A program made the position numbers and the translations under genes. From the NCBI RefSeq assembly GCF_009914755.1, contig NC_060928.1: a stretch of 64,000 nt of DNA. One strand, 5' to 3'. A model generated the notes under the pieces. It made no database searches. It saw only the letters and a list, made by a program, of their open reading frames with translations, and had not been told where the DNA came from. Shown here one piece after another: positions 28,570-44,079 of the stretch. Source of the stretch: the human T2T-CHM13v2.0 reference genome, Homo sapiens. Positions within the stretch are counted from its first letter, which is position 1. Every line of letters starts with the position of its first letter.

Positions 28570-29427
28570 TGAAATTCACTTTTTAAAGCATATTTCTCAG
28601 TAAGTTTCGATAAATGCATACACTCATGGACGCAACACCACAGTTGAGATAAAGAACATTTCCCTCATCCCCCAGAAGTTCCCCTGTGCCCTTTGTGGTC
28701 AACGCCCCCACCCCCAAGCCCTGGACCCCCTGAGTCTGTTTTCCGCCTGTCCGGAGTGCCGTATACATGGAATCACACAGCATCTGTGACCTTCCGGGCC
28801 TGGCTGCTTTCACTCCCGCAGTCCTGTTGTGATTTGTTGGTGCTGGCATGTCTGTTCGTGACGTCAGGAGTTCGTGCCTCTTTGGTGCAACGCAGTCTTC
28901 CATCGTGTGAATGAGGCACAGTTTGCTGCTGATCCGTCGCCAGCTGCAGGACATCTTGGTGGTTTCTGTTTTTTTTTTTTTTTTTTTCCCCTATCATGCA
29001 TAAAGTGCTCTGAATGTTTGTGTGCAGGTCTTGGTGTGGATGTATGCTTCATTGCTCTTAAATACGTAGCCGTGACATGGCTGGATATGATAAATATATG
29101 TTTAACTTTATAAGAGACTGCCAAGTTGTTTCCGAAGAAGCTGTGTCCTTTTGCATTCCCAACACCAAGGTATGAGAGTTCTGGTTGCTCCACGTCCTCT
29201 TCAGCACTTTTTTCAACTTCTAAATTTTAGTGATTCTAATAAGTGTGTAGTGATATTGCATTGTGATTTAATTTGCATTTCCCTAATAAGAAATGATACT
29301 GAGCATCTTTTCATATGCTTATTTGCCACCCATCTGTTTTCTTTGGTAAAGCAAATATTCAAATTTGGGGGTCATTTTATAGTACGTTGTTTGTCTTTGT
29401 TGTATTGAATTGTGAGAAACCTTTATA

Positions 29428-29759
<332 letters not shown>

Positions 29760-30064
29760 TGACTGCAAATCCATTGCTGGATGTGTACTTTGCAAAAATT
29801 TCCTCCCAGTCTGTGGCTTTTCCATTTCTTAGCATCCTTAGAACTTAAGTTTTAAATGTTGATGAATTCCATTTATCTATAGATTAATATTTTTTATGAT
29901 TCCTGCTTTTATGCCTTATCTAAGATTCTTTGACTAATCCAAAGGCACAAAGATTTCTTCCCCCTTGTTTTCTTCTAGAAGTTTTACAGTTTCAGAGTCT
30001 ACATTTAGGTCTAGGATCCCTTTTAAGTTGATTTTTGTCTGTGGTGCAAGGTTAGGATTGAGAT

Positions 30065-30066
<2 letters not shown>

Positions 30067-30134
<68 letters not shown>
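30067..30134 (+). repeat. (TTTC)17 perfect tetranucleotide STR
   Basis: 68 uninterrupted bases of tttc. Confidence 0.95.
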
Positions 30135-30136
<2 letters not shown>

Positions 30137-32230
30137 TTTTGCAGAGAGACGTTCAATTGATCAGCACCATTTGTGGGAACCACTATAATGACTAAAGTAT
30201 TGGAAAGAGAGATGTGGGATAATTTCTTGGGAGAGGGACTGAGTTGGCCCAGCAAGGCTTGTGGGGAAATGCTCCTCCCCCATGTGAGAGAGGGAGAAGG
30301 GCAGTGCAAAGCTGAGCTCGTACCAGCCCGGGTCTGAAAGTGGCGTGCTCACATCATGAGCAAGGTGGATTTCTCCCGTTGCAATGAAAATCGGGTGCCA
30401 CGCTGGCAGCATTGGCAGCAGCCCTGGGACGTTCCCCAGACATTGTCTGCGTGTTGCTTTTCCGGGTGCAGTGGCTTGGCCTGCCCACTTCTACTCGATT
30501 CACACCATCTAGCCAAACTCACCTTTGTCTGTGCCACGTCCAGGCCTTGCCCCCATCCTTCCCGAAGCCAAGGTTGCTTTCTCAGTAACGACCAAGAGCT
30601 GGGGTCCCCGATCGCTGAACAGCCCACACATTTGCAGGAACTAGTCAGAGGTGGCTTGTACAGTGTCTCGGTCACCTCCCTGGCAGGCTCAGGCTTAGAG
30701 TCCCACAGCGTCACCCGGCCCCACAGCCATCTTGTGCTCCCTCCAGCCTCTCTGCCTGGGTAGACCGCGGGTGGGGGGAGGCTTTTTTGCTGCAGGTGAC
30801 CCCGTGCTGGGTGTGTGGTCTGCATGGGCTTGCGGGCAAGGCCTGGAGCTGGGCTGGAGCTCACCTTTACAGTGGACACTTTGCTGTTGGGGTTGGGATT
30901 TTGTTCCAGGCAAATTGACATTTGTATCCTCAGAGGGCAATGTCTGAGCAAATCCACTGATCACTGGGGTCCCTGGCATAGTGACGAGGGTGTGGAATGT
31001 GCAGGGTAAGTCATGGTGATTCGATGAGAAAGGGACTTGGAGGCTGCCTTGTCTAACTCTGGCTTCTGGGACTCTCCCCTGCAACACCCTCTCTGGGTCA
31101 TCCCCATGAAGTGGAGCTCCCTACTCTGATCAGAGGGAAAGTCCGCCTCTGACAGAACCTCTGTGTCCTTTCCTAGTCCCTTGAGTCAGGCATGGGGATA
31201 CAGAATCATTGAATAAGGGTGTTGGACATTTATATCAGTGTCTCATTCAGATGATAAATGGAAATTCTAGAATCATCAAGGCAGCTCCATGCGCCTCTGT
31301 CTCTGGGCATGGAAACTCTCATGCTACATCCCGTGTTGGGTGAGAGATCTCAGTTCCCTGGGCCTTGCAGCGTTGCGGGGCCATCAGCAGGATACCGCGG
31401 TGGGATTTCTGAAGCAAGATCTGGTATGGCTGGGCCCAGCCAGTGAGAAGCCTTTTCTCACGCATGTCCAGTCATGGGAGCGATGCCCATATGCATGGGT
31501 GAGATGCCAGATTGCACTTCCTCGATTGCATGGAGGAACATCTGAGTTCAGGCTTGGCTGCCCAGAACCAGCCTGAGCCAGCTTTGTGTCACTGGTAATA
31601 GCAGCTGAAAGCAGTTAAAAAAGAGAAACCAAAACAAAAATGCATGTGCAATACTGCAATACACATCCACCCCAAAGCCTATTAGAAGTGACTGTGAGGA
31701 TTATTGGCTGCCGGCACTGTGTGTCCACAGAGGAGTGGACAAGGACAAATGTCTGGGGTTTGTGTCGAGTGCACGTGGCTTCTTCCTGTGTCTCATTCAA
31801 GTCACTTTCCCTACCATCGGCCGCTTGTTATTCGTGCGCAGGTTACTTGCCTCTCTGGGCCTCAGTGGCAAATGAGGATAGTAATACCTAATCAGAGGTT
31901 GTTATGGAGATTAAATGAGGTGAATGCTTATAGCTTAGAAAGTTCTAGGTAAATGCTTGTGATACAAACCCATAAGCTAGGTGACTGTGAGAATCCAATG
32001 CAGGCAGGTCTGGAAGCAGTCCTTGGCACATGGTAGGAGTGCAGTTGGTGACAATTGACCTCTGCATCTCCATTCACGCTGAAGCCTGCCTGGGCAGGAC
32101 TCTGCTTCTGTGTGCCATGGGAGCAAACAGGATCTCTTTTGTAGTACAATTTTTCCCTGGTTGTAAATATAAAGCATGCTTATTATAGAAAAGCTGGAAA
32201 ATATGCAAAGAGTAAAAAAAAAAAAATACT

Positions 32231-32542
<312 letters not shown>

Positions 32543-32754
32543 TCACTAATACCCAGAGGTCATTATTTTCTCACTCAGGCATATTTTTTTCTGGTTCATT
32601 TTCTGTGCGTGTCTATGTGTCCATACATATGCATGTCTTTGTGGGTTTATACATAGGTATGCCTGAATAAACTTTTTACGACTTACAAAGAAGGGATCGT
32701 GACCAACACTCCAATTGAGTTAAACAGGTATTTGCTGCTCATTATAGTGTCTAG

Positions 32755-32907
32755 AATTTCCCAAAACAGCAGGCATTTCTAATCTCAAGCCTCCCCAGAT
32801 GTCCTCTGGAAGGGGCAGGGTCATTCCTGACCCCCACCCCCACCCAGCCCACAGATGTTCCAGCCCCAGTGCACAAACCCTGGCCTGCAGTCACGTGCAG
32901 CCTGAAG
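32755..32907 (+). repeat. Copy 1 of a 153-bp direct duplication (partner 37591-37743)
   Basis: Ungapped alignment with 13 mismatches counted by eye. Confidence 0.95.
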
Positions 32908-34252
32908 ACCGGCTCTGCACTAGGATTCGGGCTGTGAAAGTGGTTTGTGCCTGCAAAGAGTTTATAGTCTCATGGAGGAAAGAGGCATATAAGCATGTGT
33001 TTTCTGTATGGGTGTGGAAGTATAGGGAGGACATGTTGTGTCTGTAATTTCAAGTATTTGCTCATGTCACATTGTACCATGGGTATTTTCTCATAACATT
33101 GTTTGTCTTTTTTTTTCCTCCGGATTTGTATCGTTGATTGAATGAAATGGTTATGCTATGGTTTATGGAACCATTCCCCAGTAGGGGTTGTTTCTGGCTT
33201 GTTATAAACAAATGCTGCTGACGAGCACCTAGATACAGCTTCAAATGTTGACAAGCAGATGTGTTTGCCCAGTTCCAGAACTGGGGCTGTGACAGGGGGG
33301 GACAGATCGGACCTTCTGCCAAGGGTCTGATTCCGGTGGAAGGGAACACCGCATGAAGCCACATGCCACGTTCCCAGCAGGCGCTCAACAGACATTCATC
33401 ACTTCAGCTTCCCCTCTGAAAGCCGAGACCACATCCTGATGCATGTTTAAATAGTTCTGCCAAATTTGTTCCATCATTAACTTTCAATCACTGTTAATTT
33501 TAGACAGGGCTCTTAATTCAAGTTTTTTGTCTTTGTCAAGTTGATGGAGATGGCTCTGTTTTTAGCCCTGATGTGATGGCGGCAGGGCTCTCCTTCACCC
33601 AGGATGGCAGAATGCCCTCCGCCACAGCTGGTAATGAAATGCCAGGCGTGTGATTTAGCTCAATCAGCTCAGGAAGTTTACATGGGGAGCCTGATTTGAC
33701 AGGTCTGTTTTATAACAAGTCGGGCCAGTGAAGGGAGCCTTCTATTTGATATACTTAAGGCAGAATTCAGCCATATGTTTGGGTCCCAGCAGAATCGTTC
33801 CCGTCCTCGTCCTTCCGTGGAAGATACATTGAGTTCACCCTGGGGAGATCTTTTAAATTAGATTTCAGAAATGAAGATCTTGTTTTTTGTGTCCAGAAAC
33901 TTAACCCTTCCATGATTTTCTTCTCTCCAAATAAGTCACAATATACCCCGATTTTCATGAAGAAGGATATATGGTTTTTTTCTTCTGCTTTTAGTTATAA
34001 TTAGACTAGCTGAACTACATGGAGAAGCTAAAGCTGCATTTATTTGTTACAGGCATATTTATATCAAATACAAATGGGGTGGGTAGGCTTGTGACTCTTC
34101 ATGGCCATGAAAATGAAATGAATTTGGTGTCTGAAAGTAACCTTGGGTGAGGCTAACATCTCTGTTGAAATTGACTCCATTGCTTCTCTTCAGGCTAATG
34201 TGTATCATCGGAGGGGTCCATTCAGATAATTTAAGGCACCTTTTTGGGGTTC

Positions 34253-34620
34253 TGTATTAGTCTGTTCTCACACTGCTATGAAGAAATACCCGAGACTGGG
34301 TAATTTATAAAGAAAAGAGGGATGATACAGTTCCACATGGCTGGGGAGGCCTCAGGAAACTTATAATCATGGTGGAAGAGGAAGCAAACACGTCCTTCTT
34401 CACATGGCATCAGGAGAGAGAAGTGCCAAGCGAAGGGGGAAGCCCTTTATAAAACCCTCAGATCTCATGGGAACTCACTCACTATCACCTATCACGAGAA
34501 TGGCATGGGGGAACCCACCCCCGTGATTCAATTATCTCCACCTGGTCCCGCCCTTGACACGTGGAGATTATTGCAATTCAAGGTGAGATTTAGGTGGGGA
34601 CACAGAGCCCAACCATAGCA
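34253..34620 (-). mobile_element. THE1 (THE1C/D-like) solo LTR, antisense
   Basis: 'tgtattagtctgttctcacactgcta...ggtggggacacagagcccaaccatagca'; 5-bp TSD ggttc at 34248-34252 and 34621-34625. Confidence 0.92.
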
Positions 34621-36740
34621 GGTTCCTCCCCGCCACACTGCTACCAGAACACCTGTGTGCCAGGCTTTGCATGTGTCATCCCTGAGGCATTGCTCCCCAT
34701 CTCCACCCTGCCCACCTCCCTCAGACCACCGTGGGCAGCTGAGAGTTATCCCAAGTCTGCCCGCATCAGGTCCAGGCCCATTCTGTGACCCTGAATGAGA
34801 GGAAAGACCACATTTCCTCTTCTTGCCCTATTGGCCACCATGGACACGGATGCATTCTTGGCCTTTTTAATTGACCCTGGCTGAGTGGGATGGACAGCAA
34901 AAGACAGCCTCTCCCTAGATGCACCTTCATTCTCGGGTAATATGCATACCCCGGCCTTTGTTTTATGCGTGTGATTTACACGCTGATCACGCACATCTAA
35001 AGCAGATGTCCTGGGTTACTGTGAGATTCTGTTGCCTCCTAGATCCTGTGCTTGGGATGTGGCTAAGGATGCCAGGTTGGAGGGAGGCACATCCGAGTAT
35101 GGGCCAGCTCTCCGTGTGGGCCTGCCTTTAAAAGGAGGATCCTTTCAGAAATCGCACCTGTGCTGCAGTTGACTCCCCAGGGTGCAGCAGGTTCAGCAAG
35201 AGTTGGGGCATCCTGAGCCTTGGGAGGGCAGGAGGGAGGGCAGGATCACCACTGGGCATCTGCAGGGCTGCCTTGGGGAGCAAACACAGCCTGCGAGGTT
35301 GCACCAGGCAGAGCTGGGGTGGATGGGTGGAAGCACGAGAGGCGTATTCAGATAAGCGTGAGGAGGGCCTTCGGGAGTGGGGGCGCCCCATCGTGTGAGT
35401 TGTGCACATGGAAAGGCTGTTGGCTGGGCTGCTGCAATTACAGTGATGTATGGCTGAGGCTTTCCCGTTCACAAATGAGTTTCTTGTGTTATCAGTTCCC
35501 CCACTAAACACCCTTCACAATAGACACGCGGATACTATGGGTGTCCATTTTGCAGATGGTATGATTGCAGAGGGATGGGTAACCTGCCCAAAGCCACATA
35601 GCCCAAATGAGGGAGAACCTTCCAGACCCTGTGGCTTTTTAGATTCGTTCTCTAAGCAGAGGCAAGGGACTCACTGGGAAATATGTTGCTTTGTTTGTCA
35701 GATTTATTCCAAGACCTCTATGAAGGGCCTGTATTCCTTCAGGCTGTGGCATGCCTAGAAAACACGCTGAAGGCAGCTGCAGAAACTTGCTTTTTAGACA
35801 TCACCAAATGCTATTTTTAAAATACTTTTCTTAAAATACTTCAGCTCAGACATTCAGTGCGTGAGTGTGATGATTTGTCTCCTCCTGGTCCCTGGCTCCC
35901 CATCCCCAGTCTGCCGGTTCCGTTCTGCTTTCCTGATGCCCAGAGCCTGGCTGAGGACAGGCTTGGAAGAGCCACGGGTCACCAAAGGTTGCTCAACAAT
36001 GGCCATTTCTTCAAAATGGGCTGGGTTATGGTTGCTCATGCCTCAGAAAGCCCGGAGATGGGTAGACAGAAGCCATGGGGTGCTGCTGTCAGAGACGTGC
36101 TCAGCCCCAGCCTGGGGTTTGGGGGCTTACCTGGAGCCTCCACAGGAGCCTGGTTCTGAGATCTCTGCTGTCTGAGCATAGGGAGCTTGTCTGGGGGCCC
36201 CAAGAGGTGTCTGGCTTTAAACAAGTAACATTCACAGGGGACAGGCTTTTGTGGTTTCATAGAGAAGCTGAAGGTGCTGAGTCCTGCCAACAGTCTCACA
36301 GCTGTTTCCTGCCATGTTGGAATTGCACTGGACAGGTAGCGAGCTCCCCGTCACCGGACTCCTGGGCTATTACTGGGGACTGGTGAGGAAGCTGGTGTTG
36401 GAGATTCTGAATTCAAGAGAAACTGAGTGTTTTCCAAAGTGAGGTAGTTCTGTTGCTGAGGAGGGGCTGGAGTAGAGCATCTGATGGCTTTAAAGCCCAG
36501 GGCAAGGACGTCAATGTGGTTTCCGTCATCCTCTGCTGACCCGTGGCTAGACTGCCTGTGGCAGCCCCCTCGTTCCTCCTTAATAAAGTCAGGGCGGGGC
36601 GTAGGCCTCAAGCTTGTCTTCTGCAAGCTATTGCTGTTTATTTTTGTAGTTACCTTCTATGGATGACAAGTAATGTTTGTTTTCTATTTATGGCCGTGAT
36701 GTGAAATTTGCTTACTTGTGTTAAAGAAGTGGGTTAATTA

Positions 36741-37820
<1,080 letters not shown>

Positions 37821-38756
37821 TCAACCAGCAGAGCAGGCAGACAGCAGAATGACCAGGCACCAAGCTCTCCATTCCACTAGCCTCTCTGGGCCAGGCCTGT
37901 GGAGTCTCCAGAGGAAACAGGCAGGTGAACAGGACCAGGGACACAAGGAAGGAAGGGAGTCGGGTCAAAGATGGGACCTCGTTCGGGAAAGGCCCAGGCA
38001 TGAGGGGCTCCAAGGCCTCCAGAAGGACCTTGAAGGGTGGGTGGTGCTGCTGGTGGAGCGGGGAGGCATTTTGGGTTGGGTGTGGGGTGAGCCAGCCCTC
38101 AGAGCAGGGCAAAGCTGATGGTGCCTGGAGCTGAGCGGGGAGCAATGGGGGTCTTGGTCTCCAAAGGTCTTGACCACAGGGATGGGGTTTGAACTTTAGC
38201 ATCTGGGCAGTGGGAGACCCTGATCATGTTTGAGCCTGGGAGTGACATTGCCATCATCCTCACTGGTATTTATATAACATCCCTGGTTGTACAGTGAGTT
38301 CCCAAGTGACATCTCCGGCTGCCCCAGGGTTAATGCCCCTGTAAGGTGCAGAGAACAGGCCCCTCCTGAGACAGCCCCAGGGCTGCACCAGATCCCCGAG
38401 TTGAGTTTGAAGCTGATTGCCAGTCCTCCCTGCCAGGGAGCCGGGAAGGCCTTATTGACTCCATAGATTGGGTCCCAGACTGGACTGCAAATCCTGAAAG
38501 GGGGTAGAAAATGATGCTGACATGCCTGTATGTTTAGTACTTTCCCGAAATTCTTAACAGGGTCCACAGCTGGAGAAAATGACAAAACTCCTGCCCTGGG
38601 TAAGGGGAGGGGCATCATGATCCTTTTCAATTTGAGAATCAGCATACGGGGGCTGGAGGGGATGGTCTGCAGGTCTGGGGGGCAGGGCTGGGGCTGTCCA
38701 GTGGCCCAGGGAGAGAAGAAGGGGCCAGAACTGGGGACGGTGGGTGTAAACAGCTG

Positions 38757-39025
38757 CGGGGCCCACGCCTCCTGCTGGCACAGGGCTCCGTGCCAGGGTC
38801 CGCACAACATCAAGGGACCCACACACATGCTTTAATTTCCTTTAAGATCAGAAGAAGAAAAAATGAACTTTTAGGTGGAGAAAATGTTTTGATCTATAAT
38901 ATGAAGATATGCTATTTTTTAAATACCAACACAGCCATAAAATACACCTTCTGATATTTTTTAATGGAGGAAAAGGCCATGAAGACTCCAGCGCTTCGAT
39001 CCCACGGAGTCCTCATGCCCCGCGG
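38757..39025 (+). mobile_element. hAT-Tip100 non-autonomous DNA transposon relic (ORSL-like)
   Basis: 'tttaatttcctttaagatcagaagaagaaaaaatgaacttttagg', 'atggaggaaaaggcc' match my recollection of this consensus; the family name is uncertain. Confidence 0.5.
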
Positions 39026-42002
39026 GGCTGCTGAGGGGCGGATTTCAAAACAGGGCCTCGTGTCATGGATGCTTCTCCCAGCAGCTTTCTTGAGAAGATA
39101 ATTTGGTACGGAGCTCAAGAGGGCTCTGTGTGGCTTCTTCCCAAGCTGGCATCAGAACCTCCAACCTCTACCTTCCTGACAATTCTGAGGGGTAGGCCTT
39201 TAGAGGTCCACAGCCTGCTTGGGTTCCCTAAGGCCAAGGGACATTGTTCAGAGGCTGCTGTGCCCAAATCTGGGTCTTTGCAGTTGGATGCAGACAGTGA
39301 CTTCTTCCACCCGCCCCTCCTCCCCCTGCAAGAGGCAGCGCTTCTTTTGTGCCTGGCACCTCTGTTCAGACACGACAGCGTTGTTTCTAAAGAGAAATTC
39401 TTGGAGGTAATGAACATATGGTTGTCTGGCTGGGCACCAGCAGGGAGGGGGAGAGCATTGGAGCCTGGGGAGGGATTTCTGCTTTAAAAACAGGATCAGC
39501 AATTTCCACCCACCTCCCGGAGATACCCGGGCACTTTTTATGTCGAAAGACGCTCAGCAGTAACAACATCACAGCTTATCCGATTACCTTTTATTGCCAT
39601 AAATAGACCTGAGCAATGCCAACCCTTCCAGGTAGAAGCACATTTTGAATAGCAACGACAAAAAACAAAACAAAAAAACCAAAACAGCAGCTTGTAATTT
39701 CATTAATAATTTTACTTACAGTGACTATTAAAAAGGAGTGACGGGTGAAATTAAAATTCAATCAGGTTATGAGAAATGGAGAGTAAATAATATTTTCAAA
39801 GGACAGCTGAGGTGGAAAAGTCTACCAAGACCCACCTATTAAAATATACATTATCCCTTAAACAGATTTAATGTAAAAATGCAATTTTCCACAGATCAGC
39901 AGCACCCGTCCATTTATTTGCTGCTGACTGATTTTGATTTATGAGGCCCTTTCTTAGCTTCGTTCTTAGCTCTCTTTATTTCAGACACTGGGTTTCGTGC
40001 CTGTGAAGGTGTCCAATGCCTGTGCATGAAGGGCCTTCTTCCTCCCACAGTCCCTGCAGAGGCCCTTGGTGGAGGCCCAAGGGCTGCATGGTGGAGTCTG
40101 AGGCCAAAGCTGCCATCCAGCCCTCCTTGTGTGAGTGTCAAGACTTGGGGCAGGTAATGCCTCTCGGTGCCTCAACTTCCCCCAAATGGGGACAACATGG
40201 TTCCCAGGGACAAGGCCTGTGGGGGGACTGAAAGAGATAACGTCCATAGAGTGCTCAGCATGCGGCTCAGGACAGAGGAAGTCATTTATTTTAATGAGAC
40301 GGTGACGAGAAGTGGCAGGTTTTCTGGTCCAGGCATCTTGGGTGAGGCATCCTGCCTGCCCACAGTGCACCTCCACTGCAGGTTAGACCTTGGGGGACTG
40401 GGGCTGGCTGTGGGAAGGAGACGGGGTTAGGGTGCGTACACGGGGCCCTGCAAATGTCTCTGCCTCAACCGCGCTGGGTAACAGGTGTCAGTGAGGTGGC
40501 TTAAGGCAAACCACCCGTGTCCACACCACAGGGCTGGAGGACATCTCTCAACCCAGCTGAACGTCCGGCTCCACCCAAGACCCTTCTTGGGAGACAGTGT
40601 GTTCTGGGTTCCCACCTCCTTCCTGGCTGACCCTCACACTGTGCCGGTTGCTCCCTCTGGACACACTGCACGGCCAACTCCCTGCATCCTCGCTTCAGCT
40701 CTGTGAGGCTCAGTGGCTTGCCCAGGACTGCACAGCAGGCACGGGCACGTAGAAGGGCCAGGACTCAGAGGAGAGCCCTTTGCGGAGATGCCTGAGGGCA
40801 GGGGGCGCGGACACTGCATTCGAGGAGGAATCAGGCAGGTGGAGGTCCAGGCTCGCCGGCTCAGCTTCAGCAGAAGATTCTTAGAGGGAAAGGCCTGTAC
40901 TCACTGCAGCTCTGATGGCTCCACTTTGGAGGGAGAGCCTTCAGGGATGCTCTGCGGGCATTTGTGGATCCCAAGCTTGGAGAATCCAGGAGGGCTCTGT
41001 GGAGCAGGGGCCAGGGTGGGTGGCACTCAGGGGTGTATGGGTAGGACTGAGCCAAAGCCCTAGGGTCTGCAGGGTGGGCAACGGCATTGGCAGCAGTGTT
41101 GAGTGAGGCCGCATCCCTTGGAGAGCCAGCACCTCCTGTGGCTTTTTGAGCCTAATGTGATACCCACCCCTCCCCTCAGGGGTCTTTAGTAGAAAGAAAC
41201 GATATTCCTCTCCCTGGTAAATAAATGCAGGATCAGTGTCTTTGAAATGGAATTGATTTCTTCATAGAGGATGAGGGTGCAATGGGGATGCCCAGCACTG
41301 AGCCAGCTGGCTTCCTCAGGGACCACAGGATGGGCCAGCCCAGCCAGCACTGTTGAAGGGAAGGGGCCAGCAGGAAGTCCTCTCTTTCATGCGGGCTGGA
41401 GAGAGCTTCCGAGCCTGTTGTCCTAGCTCCCTGGGGGCTGGTCTTGGCCTCAGGCTGATGTGGTTTGAGTCCATCGCAGCTGGGGCTTGAAGAGTGCCAC
41501 TCTGCACTCGGGAGGAAGGCCTGTGCTCTTCCATGGGGTCTGACACCCTGCCCCACATTGGGAAGCAAAGCTGGGCCTGGGTGAGGGTGACCCTCCTGAG
41601 AGGTGGACAGCTTGAGCCACCACCGTTCCCATGTGGTGAGGGACAGACGCCAGCTCCAGGCTCCTGCCTCGGGGGTATAACACTGATCCAACCTTTGTTC
41701 AGTACCACCTGAAGGGGCAGGGCACTGCCAAGCCAGCCTTGGCCACCTGCCTCGATTGGGACCAGATGTCTGAAGTGGCCCTTGCTGGGGGAGAAAGGAA
41801 ATGCACACTTATTGAGCACTGACCGAATGCTTCCACCAGCATCTAGTCTTCCCCTTTGCTGTGTGTACCAGCCCCACTGGCATGAAAATGAGCATCTTCC
41901 TCATGTTTTGGAGGCCAGAAAGGAGGGAGGCTGTGGCCAGACTGGGGTACATCCACTTTGCCAAGTGGAGAAGCCACACTTTGGAGTGGCTCTGTTGCCT
42001 GC

Positions 42003-43795
42003 GCATACACATACACATATGCACACATGCACACACACATGGACATACACATATGTACACACGCACACATGCACACACATACAGGTACACAGAGATACAC
42101 ATGCGCACGCACACACATGCACACACATACACATTTGCACACACGCACACACATGCCCACCATACACATGCACACATGCACACACATACAGGTACACAGA
42201 GATACACACGCACATGCACACACATGCACACACACACACATTTGCACACACGCACACATATGCCCACCATACACATGAACACATGCACACACAGATACAC
42301 AGAAATACATGCACACACACATGGACATACACATATGTACACACGCACACATGCACACACATACAGGTACACAGAGATACACATGCGCACGCACACACAT
42401 GCACACACATACACATTTGCACACACGCACACACATGCCCACCATACACATGCACACATGCACACACATACAGGTACACAGAGATACACACGCACATGCA
42501 CACACATGCACACACATACACATTTGCACACACGCACACATATGCCCACCATACACATGAACACATGCACACACAGATACACAGAAATACATGCACACAC
42601 ACATAGGTACATGCATGCACACATGCACACACAGATACAGAGATACACATGCACATACATACACATATGCACACACATACAGGTACACAGAGATACACAC
42701 ATATGCACACATGCACACACACATGCCCACCATACACATGCACACATGCACACACAGATACACAGAAATACACACATGCACACACACATAGGTACATGCA
42801 TGCACACATGCACACACAGATACAGAGATACACATGCACATACATACACATATGCACACACATAAAGGTACACAGAGATACACACATATGCACACATGCA
42901 CACACACATGCACACACATGCCCACCATACACATGCACACATGCACACACAGATACACAGAAATACACACATGCACACACACATAGGTACATGCATGCAC
43001 ACATGCACACACAGATACAGAGATACACATGCACACATGCACACACAGATACACAGAAATACACACATGCACACACACATAGGTACATGCATGCACACAT
43101 GCACACAGATACAGAGATACACATGCACATACATACACATGCACACAAATACAGGTACACAGAGATACATATGCACACATGCACACACATGCACATACAC
43201 ATATGTACACATGCACACATGCACACACATACAGGTACACAGAGAAACGCACATGCACACGCATACACATTTGCACACACGCACACACATGCCCACCATA
43301 CACATGCACACATGCACACACATACAGGTACACAGAGATACACACGCACATGCACACACATGCACACACATACACATTTGCACACATGCACACACAGATA
43401 CACAGAAATACACACATGCACACACACATAGGTACATGCATGCACACATGCACACACAGATACAGAGATACACATGCACATACATACACATGCACACACA
43501 TACAGGTACACAGAGATACAGATGCACACACAGGCACACAGAGATATACACACATGCACACACCCACATGCACACACCGATACACATACACACATGCACA
43601 CACACACAGATACACAGAGATACACATGCACACATGCACACACATGCACATGCATACAGATACACAGATACGCACACATGCACACACACATGCACACACA
43701 TACAGTTACACAGAGATACACACACACATGCACACACATGCATGCACAGACACATGCACACACATGTGCACACAGATGCACACATGCGCACAGAT
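42003..43795 (+). repeat. Complex (CA)n-derived satellite with higher-order blocks
   Basis: About 1.8 kb of cacatg/cacaca/cagagata motifs; 282-bp block duplication (anchor 'ggacatacac' at 42041 and 42323). Confidence 0.95.
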
Positions 43796-44079
43796 GCCCC
43801 CACACCTGAAGCTGGGAGACAGGTAGACGGCCTGCAGAAGTCGGCTCCGTGTTGGCCTGGCTCCTGCTCCTAACTAGAGCAGCTGCAGTGACTGGGAGGA
43901 CAAACAAAACCCCAATGACAGACTCAGCCTGAATCCCCTCTGGCTGCTCTTGGTAGAATCTTAACCAGCAGAGAGCTGGTCCTGGGTGGTTTTGGCCAGA
44001 TGAGAAAAGCCACCTGTGTTCTGGGACCCGCCTGATGGGGGAGGGGAAATGGGGGCTTTGAAAGGAGGAGTCTTCTTTA

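Noticed and set aside
41782-43907. Overlapping 600+ aa Cys/Val/Met and His/Thr ORFs on both strands
   Set aside because: Artefact of a stop-free CA/TG satellite.
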